Below, one piece after another: positions 25,452 to 37,945 of a stretch of DNA of 64,000 bases. The translations under genes and the position numbers were made by a program. A model generated the notes under the pieces. That model did not search any database. It was given only the letters and a program-made list of their open reading frames with translations, and was not told where the DNA came from. The first letter of the stretch is position 1. Every line of letters begins with the position of its first letter. Source of the DNA: Tubiluchus corallicola (taxonomy: Eukaryota; Animalia; Priapulida); the NCBI GenBank assembly GCA_030141605.1, contig JAQGDQ010000271.1:124001-188000 (forward strand). Reading direction: 5' to 3'.

Positions 25452-26561
25452 ATGGAATTTAAATTTGCTATTGCTAGAAACAAAAGTTTTGAAACTGCTT
25501 ATAGTATAGAGATAAATCAGACTGAAGCGACACCTAATGACACAAACTTTGAAGCAAAATCACCTAATCGGCTCATGGCAAATGGAGAAATTATAATAAT
25601 AGTGCCCATAGGTCTGCTGACCGTATTTCTCAATCTGTTAGTCATCGTTGCCATTGCAAAATTCAAGAAACTGCAGACATTTACTAATAAATTTCTTGCT
25701 TGCCTGGCCATGACAGATCTGATCAGTGGATTTCTAGCACCAGTGGTCACTTTAGCCCTCATGGTTCGACCAAATATGGACGCCGGATTCTGCTCGTTTT
25801 TTGCATTTTTTGGTATGTTCTGCGTCATGGTCACATTAGGAAATTTGATGTTAGTCACCTATGACAGACATCTGGCTATGACAAAACCAATCCAATACAA
25901 ACAGCTGATGACGTCGAATAAATTTTACAAACTAATTCTCATCTGCATCGGCTACTCGGCGCTTTTGTCCATTTTTACAGTCGTACAAATCTTCTCTACT
26001 TGGTCTATTGAAAATCACACAAGTTGCACAATTGATTATGTCGTGTGGCCATGGTTCATCCTCTTTATTGCCGCCCATTATCCAATAGCACTAAGCTATA
26101 TGATGTTCACCTACGTGAAGGTCATTCAGGCAGCTCGAAGCCATGCAGTGAAAAGACGAAACAATGCCAATGTACGGGTGGTCTCTATTGCTCAGTTAAA
26201 AGCAACGTGGATGACAGCAATCATAATAAGCACATCCATGGCACTGATATGTCCACATATTTTACACATGGTCCTGGTTGGCTTGACACGGGGCAGGTAC
26301 CAAAGTCTGAACGTCTTCAGAACGCTGGCACTTACAGCCAACAGTCTGGTGAATCCAATAATTTATGCGCTGCAAAACCAAGAATTTCGCACTGCTTTTA
26401 GAAGACTTCTCTGTCCATGTAGAAGTGGCGCCAACAGTGATGCAGGATCAAGCAGTACCAAGCAACAGGGAGCATCATCGGATGACACCACGCCCAAAAA
26501 CCATATAAAACAGACGGCAACAGTGGCTGTGTTGCCTGCATCTGTATCAGTTCAAACGTAA
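25452..26561 (+). CDS. Class A GPCR, 369 aa, copy 2 (about 97% identical to copy 1)
   Basis: Same motifs as copy 1; about 10 amino-acid differences by eye, mostly in the C-tail. Confidence 0.95.
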   Translation: MEFKFAIARNKSFETAYSIEINQTEATPNDTNFEAKSPNRLMANGEIIIIVPIGLLTVFLNLLVIVAIAKFKKLQTFTNKFLACLAMTDLISGFLAPVVTLALMVRPNMDAGFCSFFAFFGMFCVMVTLGNLMLVTYDRHLAMTKPIQYKQLMTSNKFYKLILICIGYSALLSIFTVVQIFSTWSIENHTSCTIDYVVWPWFILFIAAHYPIALSYMMFTYVKVIQAARSHAVKRRNNANVRVVSIAQLKATWMTAIIISTSMALICPHILHMVLVGLTRGRYQSLNVFRTLALTANSLVNPIIYALQNQEFRTAFRRLLCPCRSGANSDAGSSSTKQQGASSDDTTPKNHIKQTATVAVLPASVSVQT

Positions 26562-27377
26562 ACCAGTTTTTTTAAAACATCGAATTTCAAAAACAGAAAA
26601 AGAATGACAGTTCGGAAAGATGCGACTACTACTACGCTTGCTTCAATTCAGCCAGCACAGACATTTTTAAGCGACAGCTTTGACCAAAAAACTAATGACA
26701 TTATGTAACATTATGGTAATTCTTTATTCTCCATAATGGCTTAGTGATGCTATTTTTCATGACAGTATTACTTTCACCAAAGTGTTGTAGTACTAGGGCA
26801 GAATCTACTATAATGGTAGATTTATAACAGCAATCTAATGCCAGAAATGCGCATCATTCAGAGCCTATGCACTGAAATGATTATGGTACCCCCATTTAAA
26901 TTATGTGTAATTCAGAATAAAAGTACTACTTAACTGTAAAATGAAACTTTGTTTCGAAAAGAAAAAAACTTACGGTAAGATTTATTTACAGTAAAGCAAG
27001 GGCATCAACTTTACATTGTATAAAAAAGTGACATTAGACTAAATTATATTAAATTACATTAGACTAAAAATACAGAGGCGACTCTAAATTTTATAAAGGG
27101 GCAGTCATTCCGGTATATTTTACTTTTATATAATTATTCAATTTGAAAAAAAACTGAGTGGGTCCCATTTCCCCTAAGGCCTTAAGAACGTGCTTATTTT
27201 GCTTTATGGTTAAGCCAGTTTTGACGTCGTGCAGCAAAGACTAAGAAGAACTCTGTTTAATCACACGAGATGGCAGCACAGAATGTGGACAATGATGCAT
27301 TCAGAAGATAAACCGTGTTTACTTTGTTGAAGGCACAAAGAAAGAAGTCAGAAAGAAGCGTTTTGCTGGACAACAAT

Positions 27378-29310
27378 AAAACTTTTGATAAACTCGGGCA
27401 TGTGGGCTTGATATTCACATTAAAGCAGTGTGGAGTAAGCGGCCAGCTTCTGTCTTGGCTATTGTTAATGATTTTTGTTTGTTAAATAACCAAAATAGTT
27501 TGTTTTTACAATATAACTAATAATAGTTAAATATGCGTTTTGATTAGATTAAGTTAACTTACATGTTCTTACCTGTAAGGTGGTGACATCTGGCTTCAAT
27601 ATTAGCGACCTAGTTTTAAATACCTGTCATTCAAGTTTCAATGTGTTCAAAGCTGTGATGACGTGTTGACAACTTTTCTGTGTAACTCATGATTTGATGC
27701 CAAAGATGTATGTATATTTTATTTAATTTTATTTAGTTACTCATTGAAAGTCTCTGATTAATTTCACTTAATGCTAATTGACATTTTGATAAGAAATCAA
27801 TTAGCTTATTAAAAAAAATTGCATTTCATTCCAGATAAAATGTATAATTTTCAGAAATGGCTTCTCTATGCATGTCAAATATGAAGCAAAATGACAACAG
27901 GGCATGTGTTGTGATGATGGTGTACAAACAATAAAATATTATACTAAGCAGTACTTGATGACTTTGCATGTTTGTCACCATAAAACCCAAACAGCTATCA
28001 TCATACCTTCGTAACAGATCGCAAAGAGTAACGCTAAATTGTAATGCATCTAATGTGAAGTCACTTTTATCTGTCGTCCCCCAAGGTTTTGTCTTGGGTC
28101 CACTTCTATTTTTAGTGTATGCTAACGATATTACAGAAAACATTCAATCTGATATTCGCCTTTTTGCAAACGATACGGTTTTAATGGATTCGTTTAAGAA
28201 TGATACACGTACATCAGCAAATCGCTTAAAGGCAGATCTCAAAATAATTGAAAACTGGGCCAAAAGTTGGTTGGTTAAATTTAATCCAAATAAGACTAAA
28301 GTCATGCTGTTCTCCCGTAAATACAATGTTCCTCCATATCCAACTCTATGTTTATCTAATGCTTCACTGAAAACAGCAAATGCTCACATACACATCGTAC
28401 ATCTGATCTGAACTGGAACTATCACGTCTCAAAAATTGTAGACAAAGTTAAAACTAAATAACTTGCGACGTATGTCAGTTAATATGCCCAGAGCTACGCG
28501 GGAACGATTATTCATTACGACTATTCTAGCTGCTATTGAACATGGTAACGTAGAATGGTCAGTATGCAGTGAAAATAGCATATGTTTATTAGAAAATATG
28601 CAGCTGCTTGAATTTGTTCTTGTTTCGATCTTCCCCCGAAAGTATCTTGTCAGACTAAATTAGTGGCACTCCTCCATTATCATCGCCTATGTCTTTTTTA
28701 AAAATAATCAATGACCTAGCGCCACACTATTTATGTGCAATCCTCCCGCCCAAAGTAAACGAAGTTACCCCCTATTATGTACGCAGTGGTACTAAATACA
28801 GAAATTTTAACAGCCGTTCTGTCAGCTGTGAAAATCCCTTTTTCATACCGACAATTAGCATGTGGAACAACTTACCACAGAACATTATGAAAATACATCA
28901 ATTTCACACTTCATAACTCATTTAATTTTTTCATTGAGTAAGGAGCATTTATTATTTGGTAACAACCCCCCCCCGCCCGCCCGCCCAATTTCTGTGCATC
29001 ATACGCGCATGAGAATCGGATTTGCTCAGCTAAACTATGACTTTTTTTCTAAAGGCTGTAAAGATAATAACGGTCATCCAGTATTGCCGAATTGTAATTG
29101 TGGATTTCGATTTGAGTCTGTTGAACACTTTTTGTTGCACTGCCCATTGTATCAACTAGCTAGGGTAGTTATGTTTGCTAAACTAAATGAAATACTGCTG
29201 CTTCAAAGCTTTCACATAGTTGCACTAGGAAGTAATGATCTGTTGAAGTTGTTATTATTCGGAAAAGATGAATTTAATTATGTTGTTAATTGTAAATTTC
29301 CAATGTATAC
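27378..29310 (+). mobile_element. 5'-truncated decayed CR1/L2-group LINE, interrupted by a solo LTR
   Basis: KTFDKLGH...LLSW|LSSYLRNRSQRV...VPQGFVLGPLLFLVYAND...RLFANDT...WLVKFNPNKTK. C-terminal CNCG...ESVEHFLLHCPLY zinc motif; several frameshifts. Confidence 0.92.
27463..27993 (+). mobile_element. Solo LTR (531 bp) of a BEL/Pao family with 5-bp TSD GCTAT
   Basis: gctat|TGTTaatg...cccaAACA|gctat. Removing it restores the LINE frame (tgg cta tca tca tac = WLSSY). Confidence 0.92.
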
Positions 29311-31337
29311 ATGACTTTATATTTCGTACTAAACGCTTTCCGTAGTTTCTATCTCATATAAAATGCATCAGTCTTAAATATTCGTACATAAATATTTTAA
29401 TTGTCAATTTATTGCTAATATCTAATGTAAACTTGTAATGAAACTTATGTAGGTATAATTCTTACTGTGAATGTTTAGTATATGCACTCATATCTCGGTT
29501 TGTCGGATATCGGAAGAATCTGACAAAATCTTGATCATTCGGACAAAGTCCATTGTTTTGCCAGCTGACCGCTAGATGGTGGGCCGTCACTTTGTTTACA
29601 TCATTACATCAGTGTAATCAAGCAGCGTGTAACGACAGCGTGTAATTATGCAGAGTTATTTGAGTCAACTTCCCACAGTTTTTATATACTTTTGCATACG
29701 AACGGTCCGTACTAGGCATTTTTGAGACAAATGGGTGATTGATTCTACATTACCGTGAGTTTAATACACGGTGACTGCTGTATTAGCTTAGTATCGATAA
29801 ATATGGGCAATCGGCAAATTCGGACCAACATTTCCCCGCTTTTGTCTGGTAAACCGAGATATAAATATATGTAGTTGTTTGTGGTGAGGACCCTAAATCA
29901 TGTTTTTAAACTGTCTGATGCTATACTATAATAAAATATGTTTAAATTAAATAGAAAATAGAAAAAAAGCTGATGAGAAAACCCGAAAACTTACAAAAGC
30001 AACACAAGAAAAATAATATATGACAAGTTTCTGAAAATGCAAATTTTAAGTCAGTTTGTATGGGCACTCACAGCATTATAAGAAGAAAACAACTTTTATT
30101 AGACAATTTACAAAATTTAACAAAGAAACATGTCTCCAAAGTTTCGACCTGGGCCTGCAATCATCTTCAGTCATAGATTACACAAACAAACGATCAGTCA
30201 TGTCGGTAGAGCCGTCAATACAGAAATTATTCGTTAATAATGTATTTAAGGGAAGCCAAAATGTAATGAATAAATGTACTTGTTACAAGTAGAGAAGAAT
30301 GAGATACAGTAAAAGTATATCTAAGAGTTTATAAACAAACTTAAGGGAATTCCACTACATCGCACTTTAACAGAAAACTTGTTACATAGATAAACTTTCT
30401 TTTATTAATGGGCCCCAGTTATTTGTAGCTTTAGCCACAATACTGGAAGCATTAAAGTCAGCTTTGTGACCAGAAACACTTAATGTCATGAATACAAGAT
30501 TGAGGAAGCTCTCTTAGTGTGCAAAGTAGTTCAATTACCTTAACTTTACTCATAAACATTTAGCTATACATCGACCGTATCTTTTTCTTCGCTACAGGTC
30601 TGTTTATTAATTACATTTTGTAAACAGTGAATAATTTCTGTACTGAAAACTCTGTCTATAAAACGTTTTGTTTGATGGTATTTCTGTCACTGAAGATGAC
30701 TGCAGGCTTCAGTAGATACGTTTGGAGACATGTTTTTTAACATTCTGTAACTTAAGGTTTTAGTTAATTTTAATGTTTTTTTTTACTTACAAACCCATAG
30801 CTTCGTGTAAATTTTAAACTTGTTTAGTTTACTAACAATTTGACGCTATTGTGTATCATCATCGAGAGACTAAATACATACAATTATTTGTATGTATTGT
30901 AATTCTATTGCTGTACATTTTATGTACGTTTTTAGTACAATAAAGTATTGTAATATTACGGTACAATATATATATATATATGTGTGTGTGTATGTGTGTG
31001 TGCGTGCGTGCGAGCGCGTGTGTGTAAGTGTGTGTGTAAGTGTGTGTGCATGCATATGCGCGCAGTGTATGTGTGTGTGCGCGCGCGCGCATGCGTGCGT
31101 GCGTGAGTTTGCTGCTGCTTGTTGATAACAATGAATGTGGGTACTTGGAGGATCAATATCTAAATTCTCTAATTATGCCTTTGTTTCCTTACACAACGTA
31201 CGTGGTGTGCAATTAATATAAAAGTTGTTTGTCAACTGTCAAGTTCTCAAGAGAGTTCTCTAGAACAGTACATTAAAATGTTAATTAAAACAGCGCAGAA
31301 ATAAAGTTGTATTTATTTATTAGGCTAAATAAGTCTC

Positions 31338-31582
<245 letters not shown>

Positions 31583-32376
31583 AGCGAGCCTTGTGGTTGG
31601 CTGTGTGAACTATATGAAGGTCTAATTCTAATCTGTTGCGAAAAATACGTTCTCTGTGTATTAAATTTCTATTATTAGCATTTTCTTCTTCAACAACAAC
31701 ATTAGCCACACATTGCAGAAATTGCACTTACGTAAGCTATAATATTTACATAGAAGTTGCGAACAAATCTAAGAAGGTTTTTACGATAACTCCATTAGCG
31801 AATCCATGCGTAACGGTAAGAACGTTCTTAGGAACAAACTTACGAAGAAATTTGTCTGTAAGAATTTACTGATACCTGCTGGTGTCTGATCTAACCGTGA
31901 AGGAGCAGTCATTGATTCACATCGGTAAAAGTCACGTGTTAACATAATCTTGTTTTTTCAGATGTTTTGCTGTGATGCTAAAAGGCTTAGAGAAAAGAAA
32001 ATTTACAAAGACAGAATTTTTGAGAGACTAAGCATATTTTCTGCGCCGAATTTCGTGACATCAAAGTATAAAATGCTAAAACATGCATCTTCAGCGCATC
32101 TTTTGTTGAAGTTCTAAACACGATGTTGGTCATTGCAACTGCTTCTAGTAGTGCCAAGCACCAAACAACTGATTTGCAACATACTGCGTTTGCTGGCTGT
32201 GCTTATAAAAAAAGTACACGGAATCTAAATTAGTGTGACACCTTAGGATGTGATGAAAGTTCTCCAGGTGTGACAGCTACTTTTGGCAGCACGATGACAA
32301 TCATCTGGTTATCAGTTTTATTGATCTTACTTGCGAAATCGATTACTAACTGCCAATAATAATTTAGCAACACAAC

Positions 32377-33432
32377 ATGTATGTAGATAACAACACGAGC
32401 ACTAACTTATCCTCAGTAAATGTTTCAGAGCCTGACTCGGTAGCGAAAGCCATAAAAAATAGTGAAGTTATTCTAATAGTGCCAATAGGAGCACTGACGG
32501 TGTTTCTGAATATCTTGGTCATCGTTGCCGTCACAAAGTTCAAGAGGCTTCAAACTTTTACTAATAAGTTCTTGGCTTCTTTGGCTACGACAGATATGAT
32601 AAGTGGTTTCCTGGCGCCGGCAATGACGGTAACGGTAATGGTCAACCCAAATGGCGATGTAATCCAGTGTTCGCTGCTTGCATTGATATCTATCTTCTGC
32701 GTTATGTCCACATTAGGAAATCTAATGCTGGTCACTTACGACAGGCACCTGGCCATGACTCGACCACTTCGATACAAACAACTGATGACTACAGCTAAAT
32801 TTATCAAGCAAATTTTCATCTGCATCATCTATTCGGTACTGGTCGGAGTGTTTGCTGCAATACAAGTGTTCTTAAATTGGACAAACAACGATCAATGCGT
32901 CATAGATTTCATTGTTTGGCCGTGGTTCTTATTCTGCCTAGCTGCTCATTATTTCCTGTCGTTTGGCTACATGTTATTCACTTACATAAAAATAATTCAG
33001 AAGGCTAGAAGTCACATGATCAAAATCCGGAATCCTGCCAGTGGTCAAACAGTCTCTGTTGCCCAGTTAAAGGCAACCTGGATGGCAGCTATCATTATCA
33101 GCACCTCAATGGCATTACTGACTCCACACATAACTCACATGATACTAGCTGGTGTAACAGGAAAAGAGTACCAAATGCTGCACAACATTAGGTCTCTTGG
33201 ACTCATGGCTAACAGCTTAATGAATCCAATTGTTTACGTGTTACAAAATAAGGAATTTCGCACATGCTTTAAAAAGCTTTTGTGCAAAGAAAAAAGAATA
33301 GCTATGGGAGAAGGCAGTTCAAGCAGCAGCACCAGGCCACAGATAATGTCATCTCATAGGACCGCAACAAATACAGAACAAAATCGTGTAACTGCAATCA
33401 CCGTAGTGGCTTCATCACACTTAAAACTATAA
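32377..33432 (+). CDS. Class A GPCR, 351 aa, older paralog of copies 1 and 2
   Basis: Shared blocks IVPIG.LTVFLN, TLGNLMLVTYDRHLAMT, VWPWF, AQLKATWM.AIIISTSMAL, ANSLMNPIVY, EFRT. Confidence 0.95.
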   Translation: MYVDNNTSTNLSSVNVSEPDSVAKAIKNSEVILIVPIGALTVFLNILVIVAVTKFKRLQTFTNKFLASLATTDMISGFLAPAMTVTVMVNPNGDVIQCSLLALISIFCVMSTLGNLMLVTYDRHLAMTRPLRYKQLMTTAKFIKQIFICIIYSVLVGVFAAIQVFLNWTNNDQCVIDFIVWPWFLFCLAAHYFLSFGYMLFTYIKIIQKARSHMIKIRNPASGQTVSVAQLKATWMAAIIISTSMALLTPHITHMILAGVTGKEYQMLHNIRSLGLMANSLMNPIVYVLQNKEFRTCFKKLLCKEKRIAMGEGSSSSSTRPQIMSSHRTATNTEQNRVTAITVVASSHLKL

Positions 33433-33480
33433 TGGCTGAAATACACAAACTTCTCCTATTAAATACAATGTGTATTTAAC

Positions 33481-33815
33481 GGTACCTAACTGAGTGGCCC
33501 ATTAATCATGGCGTAAATTTATAGTGAGTTTCATATCAGACTTCTTCATACGATACACTGCCATGTGCTGCCACCTAAACGATAAAAACTAAATTAAAGG
33601 TACGTATCGGCAGCGATACCTAACTGAGTGGCCCATTAATCATGGCGTAAACTTATAGTGAGTTTAATATCAGATTTCTTCATACGATACACTGCCATGT
33701 GCTGCCACCTATACGATAAAAACTAAATTAAACGATGCGTATTGGCAGCGGTACCTAACTGAGTGGCCCATTAATCATGGCGTAAATTTATAGTGAGTTT
33801 AATATCAGACTTGAT
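33481..33815. repeat. 135-bp tandem repeat, about 2.5 copies, just 3' of GPCR 3
   Basis: tacctaactgagtggcccattaatcatggcgtaaa at about 33483, 33617 and 33752. Confidence 0.9.
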
Positions 33816-34600
33816 TCATGCTCACTCACAATTATACGTTTAATAAAACAGATACCAGAATTGTTTAAGCACTAGTCACTCAGTTATAGTCTGAGAACCA
33901 AAGCTTCAAAATTTTGTCATCGGTACCATTTTTGGATCGGTCACCGGGTCCAGGGGGCAAACTGTCGTATTGCATTTTGAAAAGATGCATATCTCAGGTT
34001 GTCAAAAATACCTGGCGGGACCTTCCTACGGTTCTAGATAGTATTTTATATGAACACAAATATGTCTACTTTAGCATGGCTTTTGTGGGTGTGGCTGGGA
34101 CAAAATGGCCTACGATCAACTAACTTCCTCCACACTCTCAGTAACGAGCAACGCATGAATTTTATATACATACTTACAAACATACATGCCTTATATACAT
34201 GAGTACAAACAAAACCGTACTTAACATAACTGTTCGTACGTATATTAAAGTACACAAAACCGATGTAAAGATTACACAAAAGCTGTAAAGGCTCTTTGGG
34301 CACATAAAAATACAATATGTTGTGAGACTGTGATGTATCAAACAAGGTACTCATTTGGATACAGAAATATCCATTTAGGAGCAGCAATCTGGGTCAAGAA
34401 CAAGATTTTTGCACTAGTAAGTGAAGTTCTGAAAGACGTGGAGATGAAAGTTATGAATGTTGTAGCTGGAAAATTGTCAGACATATTAAATGTTGCAATG
34501 TAGAAAATAAAGTTGGTGCGTTCAGTAAAATAATTCAGTAAAGTTTATTTATTCTAGTGGTTAAAGCTGCTTGCTGATTATTGTTGTTTATTGTTCGGCG

Positions 34601-34888
34601 TGTGAGGTAGCCACGATGGGCAAACTATCAAGACTTTATTTAATAAACTACACATTTATTAATATCAAACACAACACGGTAAATATAAGAGGATAGTAAT
34701 GCCAGCCCTCCGTCTTCAAGTCAGTTCCTAATCTCCCCCGAGGTGCGGGCCTCAAAACACTTTTGTCTAACTACCTAATGCGCCGTGAGGTTCTGCGCAT
34801 AAGGATTACATCATCAATCTTTACTTCTGAGGCAGCCGGTCGAACATCAGCTGGTCACGTGATGCCACACCTAACTAGGCTCTAGCCA
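34601..34888 (-). mobile_element. Probable solo LTR (288 bp) with 5-bp TSD CGGCG
   Basis: cggcg|TGtgagg...ctagcCA|cggcg; tttatt (minus-strand polyA signal) near the left end. Confidence 0.6.
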
Positions 34889-35500
34889 CGGCGATAGTTT
34901 AATCTTGCATCGTCATTTAATCTTGCATTATTAATTTAATCACCAATCTAATCAAAATCATTATTTCACACAGCTTTCCTCTACCCATTCTTTATGTCAT
35001 ACTGGTATTTCCAGCAGTCGTTTGATAGTCTTTGTGGGAATTAACTGTAACACAAGTACTTTTTGTTTTTTCTCAATCAGGATGTCATGTAGTATTACAG
35101 AAAAATTACCCCATCATTTGGAGTTGGGAAAAAGTTTTTAGGGTGTTATGACCCGCCTGCCGATTTTAATTTAAGCGCCATGTTGGCTTCTCACCTGTGT
35201 TCTGTAACTTCTTTTTGACCTAGTTAGTTAGTTGTTATAGAGGTAGAAGTAATGTCGGCTGCTCAGGATGACAGCCCTGATGTTTTGTTTTATGATTTTC
35301 TGTTCACTGGCAATAAAAATGAAGTAGTCGCAAATGCGTCTCCGTTTATTCATCGTGTTTTGTAACCAACTCCAACTCAAGGGCAAGTTGAATTTCAGAG
35401 TCGTCCCAGACAGTAATCAATTTAACAACCATCTAATGCCATCTAGCCTAGATTACCATGTATGGCCAATAATATAAAAGTACGTTATTCTAATAAATTT

Positions 35501-35677
35501 GTTGCCATGGTTACTGCTTATCTTAGTAAAGGTATTGATAACAATGTTACATTAATAAAATACTCTCAGAAACTTCGATTTTTACTAAGCGATTATATGA
35601 ACCGTCAACGAGTCTTAACACGCAGGAAACGTAGCAGTTGCTATAGTAACGAGGTGAAAATTGTTTACTTTAGCAAC
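35501..35677. promoter_or_regulatory. Cluster of RFX X-box-like motifs
   Basis: GTTGCCATGGTTAC (35501), GTTGCTATAGTAAC (35637), GTTTACTTTAGCAAC (35663). Confidence 0.5.
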
Positions 35678-36869
35678 TACGAAATAGCAACTGTAGTAAA
35701 AAGTAGCAGTTCTGAAGGATAGGGGAATGGTAAATGGTTATAATACCTACTCAGCTGCAAAGTTAGGCATGTCTGGATCTAGTTAGTAAATGGGAGGTTT
35801 TAAATGTAAAAATACTGCTTCTGTGAAGTTTCACCTCACAATATCACAATACCATACCCTAGACTGTTTGTTTTCCACAAACATTTGAATATGGTTAAAA
35901 CATTTGTACCAATCCAATGGTTAATCTTACGCGGTTAGCTTTGATAAAGAACTACGTTCCAGTTTCACCATGAACTGTTGGTAGTTTCGGCCCTTAAAAT
36001 CGGTTAAACCTATGAGTTTTTGTGCAGGAAACTTGCCTAAAAGTAACTCAAGAAACTACCTGCATAATTCTATGAAAATAATGTCTTAAAAAGAGATACG
36101 CATAAAAAACAAAGAAAAAACATGGTCAACTTGTGAGTGATTCAAGAAATACTAAAACTGAATATCTGACAATGTATCTGTTGTGTTTTGTTTCTCTCGA
36201 AAGGCTCGTAGAGAAAACCAGAAAACACTTCGTCAAATTAAACTAGTTTAGTAAGCGAGAATTCTACAACACAAAAGTATGAAGGAACGTGAAATGTTTA
36301 CAGTAAACGTGAAAATCTGGAAAAGTGTATCTGAAAATACAGGTATACAAGAGAATGTGTAAGTGGCGTCCGTGTGAATCTGTGTGTGAGTGTGTCTCAG
36401 CGGCCTGCTTCGTCTTCTATAGGGTGCCAGGGAACATTCTAGACGTTTCTTTCTAGAACATTCTACAATGTAAGACGATTATTCTAATGGAACATTCTAC
36501 AATGTTCTATTTAATTCTAATAGATGCCAGCGATCTCCACAACAGAATCTACAATTTTAGCTAATGTACAATAGATGTACAACAATAAATTCTACTGCAG
36601 TGAGAAACAAAACAACAACAAATCCTCTACCAGTGTTGTAGTTCACAAGAGCGGTAATAAGGAAACTATACAATACAGGTACGATTCCATGTACGCGTAA
36701 CGCGTGATGCGTGATCCGTAATGCGTGACGCGTATACAATAGTTTATATTTAAACACGTGGAAGTGTTTCCATGTGTACGTAATGCGTAATGCGTGATAC
36801 TTAATGCGTGACGCGCATACAGTAGTTTATTAGCAACTGTGACTATTAAGAATATCAATATGACAATCT

Positions 36870-37945
36870 GTATCAATCACTTTGATTTTTGCTAAAGCGA
36901 GTAAAAGAATTCATCTTTTGCGACTAATGAAAAGAGCTGGGACATCTCCTAATGATATTGTCCCGGGGTTCGATCCGGTAGCCATATGACCCGCCATAGG
37001 TGATGCGGGTAACCGCTGCATAACGGACACTCCAGAAATTTTGAAAAAACAGAAACAACAAAACCAAAACTTAGAAATCAAAGGGGACGGCTGAGAAGAA
37101 GAACACATTAGAAAAAAAAAACCTGATGACAATGCTTCAAACCTTACGGAATCCACGACATTCGGCAGGCAGACAGGAGAAGTGCATTCCACGACAACCA
37201 GAAGACAACTGACGATGTCACGTGTTCGTTCTTTCCACAGGAAACCACTGCTCAACCAATCGCAGGTAATGTGATGGGCTTCCTAGTTTAAAGTGGAGGT
37301 CATAACTTTACCTGTAGGTTGGCTGGCCTGGTGCCTATGAATAGAACAATAGAATAGAACACTAGAACAATGAATAGAACAATAAGTACAATACACTTTC
37401 ACCTGTTCAGCTCAATATGATAAAAATGTACTGTACCATGATTAGGCCTGTTTGGCATGGCTCTCATCTCTGTTCCAAAATTTTTCTGATTTCTTAGAAA
37501 CAGTTCAAAAGCGCTCATGGAAAATAATTTTTCCAAATGAAAATTAAGGAAATTTTCTAATTTTAGCGAATGTTCAACTTTTATATAACCGTCGCCAATA
37601 TTCTTACAAAAGGTTGTTCTTATCAATTCAAAATCTTAATAATAAAATCCACACTCCATTGCCAGATTCCCATACTCCTAGATACAGTACTCGCCACCAT
37701 TTGAAACACCCCTTACCTAGATGCAGAACAGAGAGATTCAAGAACAATTTTATCTCAAATTGTTTATTTAATTTCCAAACTTAAGTTTTGACTCATTTAA
37801 TTCATTTCATTCATGTATCTTGTAACAGTGTAATAGTGTTTTTTTATTGTATGTTCTATCTTGCTTATTTTTTCTAAATTTTTATAGTGTAATTTTACAC
37901 TGTACAGTAATTCAACCTTTTGGTTTTAATGATGATAAATAAACT
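36870..37945 (+). mobile_element. LINE 3' remnant split by other inserted sequence
   Basis: AKASKRIHLLRLMKRAG near 36890 and RCRTERFKNNFI near 37720, then a 3'UTR-like stretch ending aataaa. Confidence 0.55.

Larger units (their letters stand above)
24756..30967 (+). repeat. Segmental duplication copy B
   Basis: Matches 14369-19060 colinearly, with the extra 27699-29307 segment. Confidence 0.95.

Noticed and set aside
36959-37395. Possible LTR or tRNA-like insert (tgtcccggggttcgatcc...)
   Set aside because: It interrupts a LINE remnant, but I found no matching end, TSD or A-box, so it is left unclassified.
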